Part shown: positions 12,721-25,623 of the stretch, piece after piece | Layout: every line of letters begins with the position of its first letter | Position numbering within the stretch: position 1 is the first letter of the stretch | Assembly (NCBI GenBank): GCA_013265495.1 | Contig: MU058198.1 | Location: 5,843,779 to 5,907,778, forward strand | Length of the DNA: 64,000 nt | Direction: 5' to 3' | Source of the DNA: Vicugna vicugna | Lineage: Eukaryota | The notes under the pieces: generated by a model | Databases searched by the model: none | Told to the model about the DNA's origin: nothing | What the model saw: only the letters and a program-made list of their open reading frames with translations | Made by a program: the position numbers and the translations under genes

Positions 12721-15700
12721 TTTTCTTTGATCCTCATCTGGTAGCCAAATGAGTTTTAAAAAATAAAATAAAATAAAACGTGCATGTTGCTCTCAGCGCT
12801 GCAACCCACTTGCTCAGTAATCAAGCCATTTTCCCTATTTGGGCCTCAGTTTCCTCATCCATAAAATGATGCTGTGACTCACTTGGCCTTTCTCCAGGGT
12901 TTTGGTGAAAATAATGACAAATAGAGAATGTGAAAGGCATTGCAAACATCCCTATTCACACGTTAGTCATGGGGTGTAAATATTGACCTGCCGATAGCGA
13001 GAATGGTGTGTACCAATGGCCTGGAGGGAGGGCCACACCTGCGATAAGGCAGCCACAACTTGGGTTTCTCCAGCATCACTTGGCTGCCTCCTGTGTTCAT
13101 AAAGAGACGTGAGTAATATGTCATCCTTGGCCTGGAGGACTTTTTTGTCCGGAAAGGGAGAGAAATGACAGGCACAGCTCACTGTTTATGAGAATGGAAG
13201 GGATGTTGGCACAGAGGGGCAAGCCGAGCTGTGAGATGGGTGGAGGAAAGAGTAGGCTTTGACGAGGAACATCCAGAGAGGATGGCATAGGAGGAGGGCA
13301 CAAAGAAGGAGAGGAAACGGCCCAAGGGAATTGGGGAGTCTGTGGCACATCTTGGGGGAGCAGGGCTGGGAGAGTGTAAAGACTGCTGTTTGACCCCCTC
13401 GTCTGCCCCGAAGGAAGGCAACAGGGCTTGCAGAATTTTGGAATCCTCACTGACAAAACGGTGCTATTCAGCCGCACCAGAGCAGGCAGTGATGGCCTGT
13501 CTGCAGCCCCGCTCCCTCTCATCACCATAACAACCGCATTCCACAGGGACAGAAGGATGGGAACGTTTGGGAGTGCTGGAGCTTAGGGAGCTCACGGAAG
13601 GTGTGGGGTCTCATCTGTTGCTCCTTTCCTCTTGTTGGGGGTCTCCTGGGATCTCAAGACATCTACCCACTCAGGAGGATGCCAGCTGTGGTTGTAAACC
13701 AAAGAGGGACCACAAATGTGGGGTGTCGATTTTAAAAATTGAACATTCAGAAACCAGGGTAATATACATAGAAATTTTGATTTCTAGCTTCTTTTGAAAA
13801 AGACCTAGCAACTCCTCGGTCTTCATTTCCATGGTGAAAAGCAGAGTGGTGGCTGCCTGTTAGGACCAGTCAGGTGCTCACCACCTGTCCCTTCTTCACT
13901 CACCGAGGTCATGTGTTCTCTGAGATGTTGAGTTGTCTCTGGGAGAGGTGGCTGGGAGCTAGGAGCTGCTCCAGAGGCAGTGAGTGCCCTGGAGGCACTA
14001 GAGGGCTGAGGGCCCTGTGCAAAGGCCTAGGGGGACCTGAAGTATTATTGGGAGTGGAGTCCAGGGTCTTTGGGGATCCACCAGCACTGAGGCTTGACTG
14101 TTCTGGAACCTTTGCTATCATACCCGGAGGGCCTCACGCACCCTCTGCTCTAGTCCCTTCCCCCTCATCCTGATACACGTGCAGACAAGTGTCCGGCTTC
14201 ATGCATTTTCACGAAGTAAACACACGTGTGTATAACCTGATCAAGAAACCAAACATGATCAGCGCCCGAGGAGATTCTGTCCCACCCACCCCTCCCTCAG
14301 GACACTTTCCTCACCACTGACCCCAAGATTGCTTTGTCCCCTTTTGAACTTCATGTAAATGGAGTCAGTATTGCCCTTTTGAGCCCAGCTTCCTTGGCAC
14401 AGCTGGTACCTGTGAGACCCGTCTGTGCTGTCATGAAGGCCGCCATGTGCTTGGGGGGTCTCAGAGCTGTTACTTGACACTTGGAGACAAGGTTTTGCCA
14501 CCTGCTCCATCAACACTGCCCCAGGCCTCTTCCACCCAGCCATGGTCTCTTTGCCTCCTCTCAACCACCCCAAGATGCACATGATAAATAGACTGAGGTT
14601 CTGAGAGGACCCCAGCTTGTTAACATCTCCCAGCCAATCAGTGCAGAGCCTGCACACTTAGGTTCCGTGTCTTAGAGCCTCTGGGGTCCCTGTCCCCCAT
14701 GAATGGCCCCACACATCTGTGTCCCAGCCCATGCCAGGAAGGATAAGGGGTAAGACAACAGAAAGGACTTAAGGGAGAGCCCCACCCACCTGTCTGCACG
14801 CAGAACATGAAGAGGGTGCTCTTATCTGTGCTAATGTGCTGCTGCTTTGGGTTTGCCCAGAGGGCAAAGTCCTTGGTCACTGCTGAGACATGCTCACTGC
14901 GAGGGCTGGGCAAACAGCGATGTTAGCCAAATTCTAGCTCATCACTTCCTGCTTTGTCACCCTGGGACTATTGCTGTATCCCCCTGAGCCTCAGTTTCCT
15001 CCTCTGTGCAGGGAATGTTTGCCCATATCTTCCCCACGGGGCTTGCTAGAAGGAGTAAACAGAGAGGTGTATAAAAGGAGTGAGAGAGCTTGTGGCTACT
15101 TCCTCCATGCCAGGTGCTGTATCACAGATTTCAGAGCCAAAAAGTCTGGGTTCAATTCCCAGGCCCACCGCTGACTAGCTGTGCATCCTCAGGCAGGTTC
15201 CTGGAACTCTCTGACTCAGTTTCCCCAGGTCTACAAAGGGAATGATGATAGTTGCACCCTCCACGTTCCTTGGGTGGGGAAATGGTGGGCCCCATGGGCA
15301 GAAGGACCCAGAGCATGGTCTCTTAAGACTCAAGGAACTGGGGACATGCAGGGTCACTCATGGTGACTTCTACAGACCTCTGGAGAAAGAGGTGTCCTGG
15401 GAGCCGTGACTGTCACTAAGACAGCCAAAATCTAATCAGCGTCCTGGGGCCAGATGCCCTGCATCTCAGGGCAATGAGTAATAATCATGGTAATGTCCCA
15501 ATTAACAGCTCTCTGGAGGCTAGCTCTCCCTGCCCCTCTGGGGTGGCTGAGATCTGTGTGGTCCTGCATCAGGGTATTTAAGGAGACTCTTAGCCAGAAT
15601 TCGTCAGTGTTTATCCAGCAGTGAGAGGTGGAAAATGCCAACTCTAGGAGCTGTATCCCTGCCTCCACCAGCAATGGCTGGCCAGACCTCCCTGCGCACA

Positions 15701-18123
15701 GCAGGGAGGATTTGTTCATTTGGTTTTCCATTCAGCAAATATCTGTGGACCCCGTAATGTGTGCCAGGCACCGTGCTAGACTGCAGGGCTATAGCAGCGA
15801 ACAGGGTGGGCACCACCCCTGGCCTTGTAGGAGCTGGCGTTCAGTAGGGATTTGGACAGCGCACAGGACACGTGCTTGTGTGACAGGCAGAGCGAGGAGT
15901 AAGTGCTGGGCAGAGAAATGAAGCAGGAGAAGGGCTTGCAGAGTGATGGAGGCTGGTCGCTGCTCCCAAGCAGGGGCGTCTGCACGTGGGTCCCTGAGGT
16001 TCAGCCTCCTACCTAGGGCCACTGATACCTTCTGAGGGTGGGCATGGCTTCCAGGATCCTAGATTGAGTCACCTGGATGCCTCCCCAAGGGGATGTCCCC
16101 TGAAGGAGGTCTGTGGTCTCCAGCCCTCTCCTGTCCCTCAGACAAGACTGTGTCTCACTCTGCACAGCTCCCCTGGGCTTCAGCCACAGCTGATAACCTG
16201 CAAACCTATCTCCAGTGCAAGCTTTCCTTCCTTCCAGACCGCTAGGGCGTACTGCCTCCTGGATGCCTTTCGGGGCCCATGGCCCAGTTGGACTCACCAA
16301 GTCCACAGCCAGCAAAGTGCATGGTCTTCCCCAGCAAGCCCGCTCCTTGTCCCAGCACCCCCCACCATCCAGCCACCCATGCCCCAGCCCAAGGCCACTT
16401 CCCTGCTCCCAGCCCGCAGTCATCACCTAGTTCTGCCACATCTGCCTCCCAAACAGAGCTGGAATCTGCCTCCTCTTCTGCGACTCCAGCTGCACCCCCT
16501 CCTCTCTCAGCCACCTCTGTGTTCCCCCTACGATCGTTCTCCACACACAGCTCATTGTGGGCTTTCTGGAAAGTGGCTCCTCTCCTGCTTAATAGCCTTC
16601 AGTGGCTCCCTACTGCCCTGGGGACGAAGTCTGAATTGCTTACCACTCCTGGTGGACAGTGTTGGCCTCTGGCCCTGCTGACTACACTGTTCTCATCCCC
16701 TGTAACTCCTACCGTTGCTGCAGCCACGGGCCCATCTTGTGAGTGGGAAATGGGCCACGCCCTCCCTCTCTTCAGATCCTTCAGAATCTGTAAAATGGGT
16801 TTAATAATTGTACTCATCTCACAGGGGGCCTTAAAACATCCAGAACAGAGCCAGGCACTAAGGAAGCACTGTGTAAGTGTAAAAATCAGAACAGGGTGAA
16901 AGACACATGATAGTTTATTGAGTAATTGCTCTGCACCGGGTGCTGGGCTGGGTGTTCTGGCCACAGAGGACGAAACACGTTTCCTGCCCTCACAGAGCCC
17001 ACTGTGCCTTCTGGGGACATTCTTCCTAACTCTCCAGTTGCTGCTGCCCCTCCCTCAGAGAATTCTTGTTCACCACCCCCACCCCCGCCGACCCTCTGGG
17101 ACCCCTCCTCGCTGACACAGCCTCCTGCGTACCTGACGATGCCTCTTCTCATGCTGGTTCTTGCCACGGTCCACTCCGTCGTGGTAAATGGCAGCCCCAT
17201 CCTGTCAGTGGCTCCAGCCAAAAGCCTCAGAGTCCTTCTTAACCCAGACCAGTCCTCTTTTCTCTGACCCCACCCCCATCCTCAAACTCCATTCTGTCAG
17301 CCAAGCCTGTTGGCTCTACCTTCAGAACAGATCTAGACTCCAACCTGTTCTTACTGTTTCTTCCCTGCAATCCTGGTGTGCCTGGCGCCTGGTGCCTGGA
17401 CTAGTCCAGTGGCCTCCTCACTGGTCCTTGCTTCTGCCCTTGACCCCACAGGCCAGAGCGACCTTTTGAAGTCTCACCTCTGTGCCCAAAATCCTCCACT
17501 AACTTTTCTTCTCACTCAAATATTTGTTGAAGGAAAGATGGAAGAAAGGAATGAATGAGTGAATGGCCTTTTTCGCATCTATAGTAGCTGGCACATAGTG
17601 GGTGCTCAGAAAACACCTGCAAGAATACATGGGGCAGGAATGAAGAGCAGGAACACACAGTAGGTGCACAGGGTGCCTGGTGGGCTCTTTGGCTGAGGTT
17701 GCTCATTCTTGCTCCTGGTGGTGGCAGAACCCACTGGCTGCCTGCCCCCCACCCCCACTCCCTGGGCTGGGGGTGGGGGGCGGGCAGGCATAGCCCAGGC
17801 CATCTTGGGGCCCTGGGCTGGCCCGCCTCATTGTCCTGGGTGGGGCTGCCGACGTGACTGCTGCTTCTGAGAACCTTAGCTGGGCAGCAGTTCTGGGAAG
17901 GCTGCTGCCCCGGGGAGAAGTGTGTCCTGGCCCCCAGCCAGCCCAGCGCAGCTGTCCCAGAGTCTGGAGGAAGCTTCAGGCTGGCTGAAGATTGTGGGCT
18001 TGAGATTGAGAAGTTTCAGGGGTCAGTGGCTCCGGGGGAGGTCACCCAAAGCCCCTGCTGTCCCCGGCTTCCTCTCCACATGCCTCTTGTCACGGGACTG
18101 GCTGCATCCTGTCTGCTGATCCA

Positions 18124-18189
18124 NNNNNNNNNNNNNNNNNNNNNNNNNNNNNNNNNNNNNNNNNNNNNNNNNNNNNNNNNNNNNNNNNN
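18124..18189. other. Assembly gap (66 N)
   Basis: Run of N in the sequence. Confidence 1.
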
Positions 18190-19409
18190 CAGTCGGGTTG
18201 CAGCCAAGAGAGGGAAGAGGAACAGGAGGCCTGTACACCCTGCTGGGCTCCGGAAGAGAGCCCTGCTTGGTGGCTTCTGTGCCGCTACTGGATTCTGACA
18301 TTTCAAGACTTGCCACTCATGTCCCCCCAGATGAAAAGAGTGAGTTAAGCGTGTTTCCCTGCCGGCACGGGCGTTTTCCCACTCGGGGTGTTTCTGTTCT
18401 CTTCCTGGCTCAGGCTTTCAACCACGCTGTCACTTCCTAACTCCATGACCTTTGCCTTGTCACTTGCCCTCTCTAAGCCTCAACTTTCTTCTTTGGCCAG
18501 TGGGACTTATAACACATGCCAGGGCTGCAGGGACTGCATTTCAAGAGGCAGTGGTTAGGTGTATGGATTCTGGAGTGAGCCTGCCTGAGTTCAAATCCTA
18601 GCTCTGTGACCACAAGCAAGTGCTCTAACCTCTCTGTGCCTCTATCTCCTCATCGTTTAAAATGGAGACTTTAATGGCACCTACTTTATAAAGTTGTGAG
18701 AACCGAATCATGCCAGGCACATAATAAGCACTATATATGCATAGCAATTATTATGGGTAAAGGCTTGGCACATACTTCATGTTTAAAACCAGATTATTGT
18801 ATTCATTAATTGAATTTTAACCAGTCCTTCACTGAATTGCTGTTTCATGAGCACATATTGTGTACGTGTCAGGCACTGTTTAGGCACAGGGGACGAAGCA
18901 ACGAACACAGCTATTCTTCTTAAAGAGATGTTTGTCTTATTGATTTGTAAGACCTCTTTATGTATTAAGGCCCTTAACCTTCTGTAATGTACATTGCTAC
19001 TTTCTTCTAGTCTTTCGCTTGCTTGCTTCTTCTTCTTTTTTTTAATGGCATGTTTTGATCTGGGGAAGTTGAAAACAGTTTTGCAGTCACATCTTTCTAT
19101 CTTCGCCATCTACATCTTGAAATAAAATAAGCACTCACAAGTATAACCTCAGTGATATGATTCGAGATGGTGATAAGTATATGACAGAAATAAACAGGGT
19201 ACTGTAATAAGAAGTAACGGGGGAGCCCTCATTGGATGGTGTTTCCAGGTATAAAGGCTGTGAGGGAGGAGAGGGACAGGGTTGTGTCAGAGCGCCCAGA
19301 AGGCCAGGCCAGTGGGAGGGAGCAGGGATAGGAGGGGACCGTAACTGGGTCACAGGGGCCAGATCATCAGGGGGCTTCAACGGTTTGGGGTTTTTTTTGT
19401 TGTTGCTGT

Positions 19410-19900
19410 ATTTTCTTAAACTTTTAATTTTGTGGGAATTGTAGACTCACACGCAGTTGTAGGAAGTAATACAGAGAGATGCCCTATACTCTGTTTCCCC
19501 CAAGGGTAACATCTTACCACACTATAGTTCAGTATCACAACCAAGATATTGACATTGATGGAACCCACTGACCTTGCTCAGTTTGCCTGTTTTACTTGTA
19601 CTCATTTGCGTGTGTATGCCTGCATGCTATTTCTTTTAGTCTTGCTAGTCTGGTATTTATTAGTTTAATTTTATCACGTGCACAGTTTTTGTCTCCACCA
19701 CCGCAGTGAGATACAGAACAGTGCTGTCACTGCAAGGATCCCCATGTTGCCCTTTTATAGCCACACCTCCCTCCCTGCCTGCCCCCCTTAGCCCCCACAA
19801 CCACTAATCTGTTCACCACTTCTATAATTTGGTCATTTCAAGAATGTTACATAAATGGAATCACCCAGTGAATGCCCTTTTGGATTGGCTGTTTTCATTC
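19410..19900 (-). mobile_element. Old L1 3' end fragment (L1MB/MC-like)
   Basis: GCAGTTGTAGGAAGTAATACAGAGAGAT...ACAACCACTAATCTGTTC...CAAGAATGTTACATAAATGGAATCA, typical of antisense L1M 3' UTRs. Confidence 0.75.
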
Positions 19901-22900
19901 TGGGACTTGGATGTGATTCTGAGTCAGAGAGGCTGCCCTTGGATGGGCTGTGAACCCCTGGGGATCCGTGATCCCGGGGGAACACATCTTTCAGGAGCCA
20001 GAGGCCAGTGAAGTGAGTAGGCAGTTTGTGGCCTGGTTTCCAATTTAAAATGACTCCGGCTCAGCGTGGAGAAGAGATGGGTGTCACGTGTTTGCAGCAA
20101 CCTCTAATGGCCCCTGTCTCCCACGCTCTTCCCCGTTGCATCATTCTCCCCAGCCCTGGACTGGAGAAATCTTGCTACAACTCAGTTCAAAGACCCTGAA
20201 AAATCTGCTCATTGCTGAGAGGGGCTGGCCTTTGACCTGGAGTCCTTACTTGGGCTTCAGGGCATCTTTGAACCGTTAAAATGGAATGCAAAATTAAATG
20301 TGTGCACTTATCTAGAAAGAGGGCTTGGAGTTTGCATCAGACGTTCAGATGGGTCAGTGACCTCCAGAACACTGAGGACTCTGGCGTCTAAACACAGATA
20401 GTAGTTAAGAGCCTGACTGCCCCTGTTCAAATCCCAAGACTGTCACCTCTCTGTAACCTCAGACAGGTCACGTAAACTTTTCTGAGCCTTGATTTCCTTG
20501 TATGAAAATGAGAAAAATAATAGTGCCTACTTCATAGGGCTGTCTAAAATGTTGAATTAATATGTGTAAGATGTTTAGAAGGAAATTTGGCATGTTTAAA
20601 TATTGTGGTAAATATTGAATGTTAAGCATATGATGAGGTCACAGGAAGTTAGAGGCAGAGCCTTTTAGGGAGACTTTCTAGGCCCTCTGGGACTTTTGGA
20701 TCCTCTCTGTGTCAGTTGTCATCCTCTTGACAAGCTTCAAATCAGCAGGATTTCTTCCAAAGGGATGCACAGTTACAATTGGGAACTATCACCTCCCTTG
20801 TCTGGGCTCTCATATCTCTGTTAATATGGCCTTAGCTGGAAGAGTATTGAATTAATATGTAAAATGTTTAGAAGGAAGCAGGATGACCAACTCTTCCTGA
20901 CTCATTTCATTTCATCTTGTTGAATTCAGTCTGTGGTTCTAGGAGAAGTTGAAGGAATTGATATATTGGAATGTACTTTGGGCTCAGAAACCAACAGACC
21001 TGGATTCTGACTCTAGCCCTGCCCTCTTGCCAGCTGTGGGACCTGATGGGCAAGTTATTTGACCTTGCTGGCCTCAGTTCCCTCAGGAGGAAGGTGGGAG
21101 CAATGACACATTTTGCAGGGTTTTTGGGCAGTCAGTAAGGTAATAATTCTAATGCACTTGGCAAAGTGTCCAGTACAATGAGTACTTGACAAGCAGGATT
21201 TTGTTTACACAAATGCTTGGGTCAGTGTAAGGAAGCTGTTTGCAATAGTCAAGCATTGCCCAAAAATAACTGGGGGGGCGAGTGCCCCATCCATGGAGGT
21301 GTACAAGCAGAAACTGGACAGCAACACATCAGAGATGGAATATTGTCAGGGTGCCCCATCCAAGTTGGCAGTTGGGCAAGGTAGGAGGACCCTGAGACCC
21401 TCCCAACCCTAACACGTCAGGAATGCCACGATAAGGGTATGAACTTGAAATTATTTTCTCTTGCTGTGTGCCTTACCCTGACCACTTGGTAATTATTCTT
21501 TTTAAATTCCTTTACTTCTCTGCCTTTGTCTTCCATTCCCTGTGATGTTCAGAGAGGCTTTGCCATTGCATCTGTGCCATGGTGTCCCCTGTGATGCAGC
21601 AACCGCACGTAGTCCCTGTGAAGTCAGTGGCATGCGTGAGTGGGTGTGCGTGTGAACGTGTGTACATCTGGATGTGCCCTGCAAAACAGATAACACCCTG
21701 GCCACCATATATGTGAGGGTTAGTCCACCCTAAGGGGGTTGCTGCACTCCCCCATTGGAGGACTTCACAATGGTAGCCCTTCTGCTGTGTGTCCTTGGAC
21801 ACACATCTTGGCCTCTCTGTTTCTCTTTACTTAGAATTGGGGCTGGAGTAACACCTTTGCCATCTCTGCCACAGGATGCTGTGTGGGCCTCTGTGAACTC
21901 ATGAGAGGGAAGATTATTGGGACTTGGCAGAGGAAACCAGCATCAAGGACCCACCGCCCCATTCCCACCCCCTCCTTCCTTGGTCTTCACTGCGGCTCTG
22001 CCAGGAAGGCGAGTTGGGGCTTCAAGCAGATACCAAGCCTCCCCCCAGGGAGAGCTTTCCAGCCCCGTGCTGAGCCCATCAGCAGCCCCGCACCAGATTC
22101 AAAATGAATTTATCCAACAAACATTTCCTGACCACGTGCTACTTGCCAGGCATTGTCAGAGGTACTAGGAGCTTGGCCGTGAGCAAGACAAACGCAGGCT
22201 CTCGGGATGACAGACACACAACTGAAAGGAGAGGGGGCTCCCACTCTCCTTGCCTTTGGCCCCCAGGGCACTTTTTGAAGAGTACAGGCCACTTCCTGTG
22301 TAGACTGCCCCTTGGTGTCAGCTTGTCTGATGTTACCACGTGGTTTGTGCACTTGGGGCAGGAATCTCAGGGAAGGGATGTTGTGTTCTTCTAAGGGCAT
22401 CGTTTTCAAAAATGCTCACAAACCTTGCTTTGTCTCACTCCTAGAATGATAACACTGACCATTTGGTTAAAGGGGTGTCTGCCAGGCTTCTTTAAGTAAG
22501 GTTCCATACAGTTATACATCGGAAGTATTGTATGTAGAATACATAGAGTTATAAAGTTAATAAGTATTTCAACTCATTAATTAATAATGAGTTTGGGGGA
22601 GATACTTAGAGTCTGTTGTGGTGAAATAGAGCTGTCCCTCCCCCCACTTACTCATCTCTGTCACCGTCTATTCCTGCACCCCTATTTTAACTCCAAGGCT
22701 TATGGTTGGTTACTGTACTGTTCGTTGTGACACTCCAAATGCTCATTTTGGCCCGTGGGCGTCTGTTCAGGCAGGCTCCTGTGTCTTTTCTGGACGTGCC
22801 TATCTTTCTCGGAGGACTTCCTTACTTTCTGGCACAAGAATTCCAGACTTCTCTTGTTCTTTCCCTGCTTCTGGAGTCAGCCATTTCTCCAGGGAACCCA

Positions 22901-25553
22901 GTCAGGGCAGAAGAGTAAGCAGAAGCCAAGATCTGGGCATCGGGATGGCATGATAATCAGACACATGATTCTAGGCTGGATCCTGGACTGCGAAGGGGCA
23001 TTGTTGACGCAATTAGCGAAATGAAAATAGGGTCTGTGGATGAGATGGCGGTAGCGCATCCGTGTGAATTTCCTGATTTTGCTGGTTGTCATGTAGTTAC
23101 GTTGGAGAATGTCCTTGTTTTTCTAAACACTGGAGTACCTAGGGGGTAATTTATTCATGCTGAATAAATGAATAAATAAAGGGAATAAATGGGAGAGACA
23201 GAATGAGAGAGAGAGAATGTGAAAGAAAAGGACAGCGAGAGGAAAGGCATGGAGGTGAGGGTGAGTTTGAGTGAGAGCAGCAGGAAGTGAAGGCGTGCAG
23301 GGGGCAGGAGCGCGTGCACAGGTGTGCACAGGTGCGCCGTGCGCAGCTGCGGAGAGGGAGGCGGGGCCCAGCCACGGGTTGGATTTCAAGTGGGATTTTC
23401 AAGTCCCTGGAGAGCTCTCAGCAGGGGCTCGGGGTTTCTGACTTGGCATTACCTTGCTGTGCTACAGACGTTGTGCAACGTGCTTCAGGTGCACACCTCA
23501 CTTCCTCTGTGCAGCACACCTGTGAGGTTGATCTTGAGATCTTATGCGTTGCAGAAAAAGGAGCCCAAACTCTGAAAGGTAGAGAAACTCTCTTAACGGA
23601 GGATAACTATGAAGTAGCAGGAGGGGGTCTGGAAGCTTTGTTTTCTGAATTATGACCCCAAGATAGAGACCCAAGCGGGGCAGGGGTGGGGGGCAGGTAC
23701 GCTCAGCCGTGCCAATACCCCAGCGCATTGTTTTCAAGAGGGCATTTGGCATTAAGTGCCAGGAGTATGGCGGGGGGACCTGCACGCTCCGTGACCCCAT
23801 GGGATCCTGTGTCTGAGCATTTTTCTTAGTGATAATAACAGCTGACATTACTTGAACCATGACTGTGTTCGGGTCCCTATATGAAGACTCTGCGTGTGTT
23901 AGCTTATTTCATCCTTACAACACCCACTTGACAGACTAGGAAACGGAGGCACGGGGGTGGGTGTTAAGCAGCTTGCTGAAGGTTCACAAGTTAGTGACTG
24001 AGCAGGTGCTTACAGTTAAGGAAATAATCAGAGGAATGTATGTCGATGGTTCTCCAAGGAAGGGCATGCGAACCATGCTTTTTATAATAATCAAGTAATA
24101 AAAATGATAAGGTCTAATATCCAGTGTTGGACACACAATGGAATACTACTGATTGGCTGCTTTGGATCTAAATTTAGCTGCATGGAATGATGTTAATGAC
24201 ATAGTAAGTTCAAAGTCCAAGTTTTAGTGTGTTAGAGAGTGCTGGTTTTTCGGTAAATGAAATTCATATGTATTTCCCAATTTTTATAGAACAAATCGGG
24301 AAGAGTAGAGTTCAGCATGCAAGGGGTTCTTGCTGGGCCTTGTGATTTGGGGGGAATTTGAATTAGGTTTTCTTTTGGGTATCCGTACATTCTGATTTTT
24401 GTTCCCCAATCACGAATTATGGAATGTCCTTAACACAACAAGGGCAGTGCACGATTCCATTTGTATAAACCGCAAGAGTAATCCATCGGGTTAGAAGTCA
24501 GGGTGATGGGGTCATGACCGGAAGGGGACAATGATAATGTTATGTAACAACTACCCACAAAACCTCAGGGGGATGCAAGAGACCTTTGTTTACTTTGAGT
24601 TTGCAGAGGCCAGTTTTCCTGGGCTTGGCTCAGGTCAGTCACGCAGCCCCGCGGGACTGGCGTGCCCTCTCTCACCCAGGTGGGGCGGCTGCCTGTTGCC
24701 TAATGCAGCCTGAAACTTCTGAGACTATCGCACATCATTAATCTTCCAACATGCTAGCCCGGGCGTGTTCTCCAGGCAGTGGTCCTGAAAAAGCAGATCT
24801 CTGCGTGTGTCACTTTCACTAATGTTCTGCTGGGAAAAGCTAGTCACATGGTTGAGGCCAGGATCCAAGGGTGGGGAAGAATGCCCTAGACGGGCAGTGA
24901 TGGGGGTGGGGGCACAGTCCGGTTACTTGGATACAGGAGGAGTGAAGAACGAAGCCATTGATGTAGTAAGTCTAACACACTCAACAGCATCATCTTTAGT
25001 GGCTGCCTAATAGTTCATTGCATAGGTACCCTCATTTATTTAACTGGTTCTGTAAGGCTGAACAGTTAGATTAGCGTTTCCAAAGTATATTTCAAGGAAT
25101 TGTAAATCCCTCCGGGGATTAATTGAGGTTTTGATACACACACACAAATGAAGGTTGGATCTGAAAATAAATTTTGTAAGCCTTGGATTAGATGAAGAAG
25201 AATCAATTTCTTTACTGTAGGACTTATCAGAACCTTTACACACAAATGTGCATTATGAACTTGCAGAAATCTAAGGGGTTGCTCAAACTTAGCAGACCTT
25301 TTTTTTTTTTTTTTTCAAGAAGCACCTCTTGTGACAAGCATTCTGTGGTTCTCACTCTGGGCTTTGTGCAGTTGTGTTGTGTTTCACAATTTTAAACAGA
25401 GCTCCTGTGAACTGGAGGGCTCATCGTTGGCCAGGTTAGGGTTGTATCTGGAGTAAGTTGAGCTCTAAAAGCTGCACCCAGAGTGACGGGCCGGAATGGT
25501 GTGTCAGCACTCACCAGCTCACTTTTTCTCAGCAGGCACCACAGGATCTCCCA

Positions 25554-25623
25554 ATGGGGTGGCTTAGTTCTGGGCTCACGTTCCCCGTGAGCTGCCTGAT
25601 CCTGGCGTGGGCGGCAGGCTCTG
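25554..25623 (+). CDS. IL4R: IL4R coding exon 1: signal peptide MGWLSSGLTFPVSCLILAWAAGS (exon begins ~25536)
   Basis: ATG at 25554 follows the acceptor TTTTTCTCAGCAG. Donor is CTG|GTAAGT. 70 coding nt. Confidence 0.96.

Noticed and set aside
16013..17267. Cluster of 100-200 aa ORFs in intron 1
   Set aside because: Pro/Ser-rich translations of decayed L2/MIR-like sequence with no exon structure.
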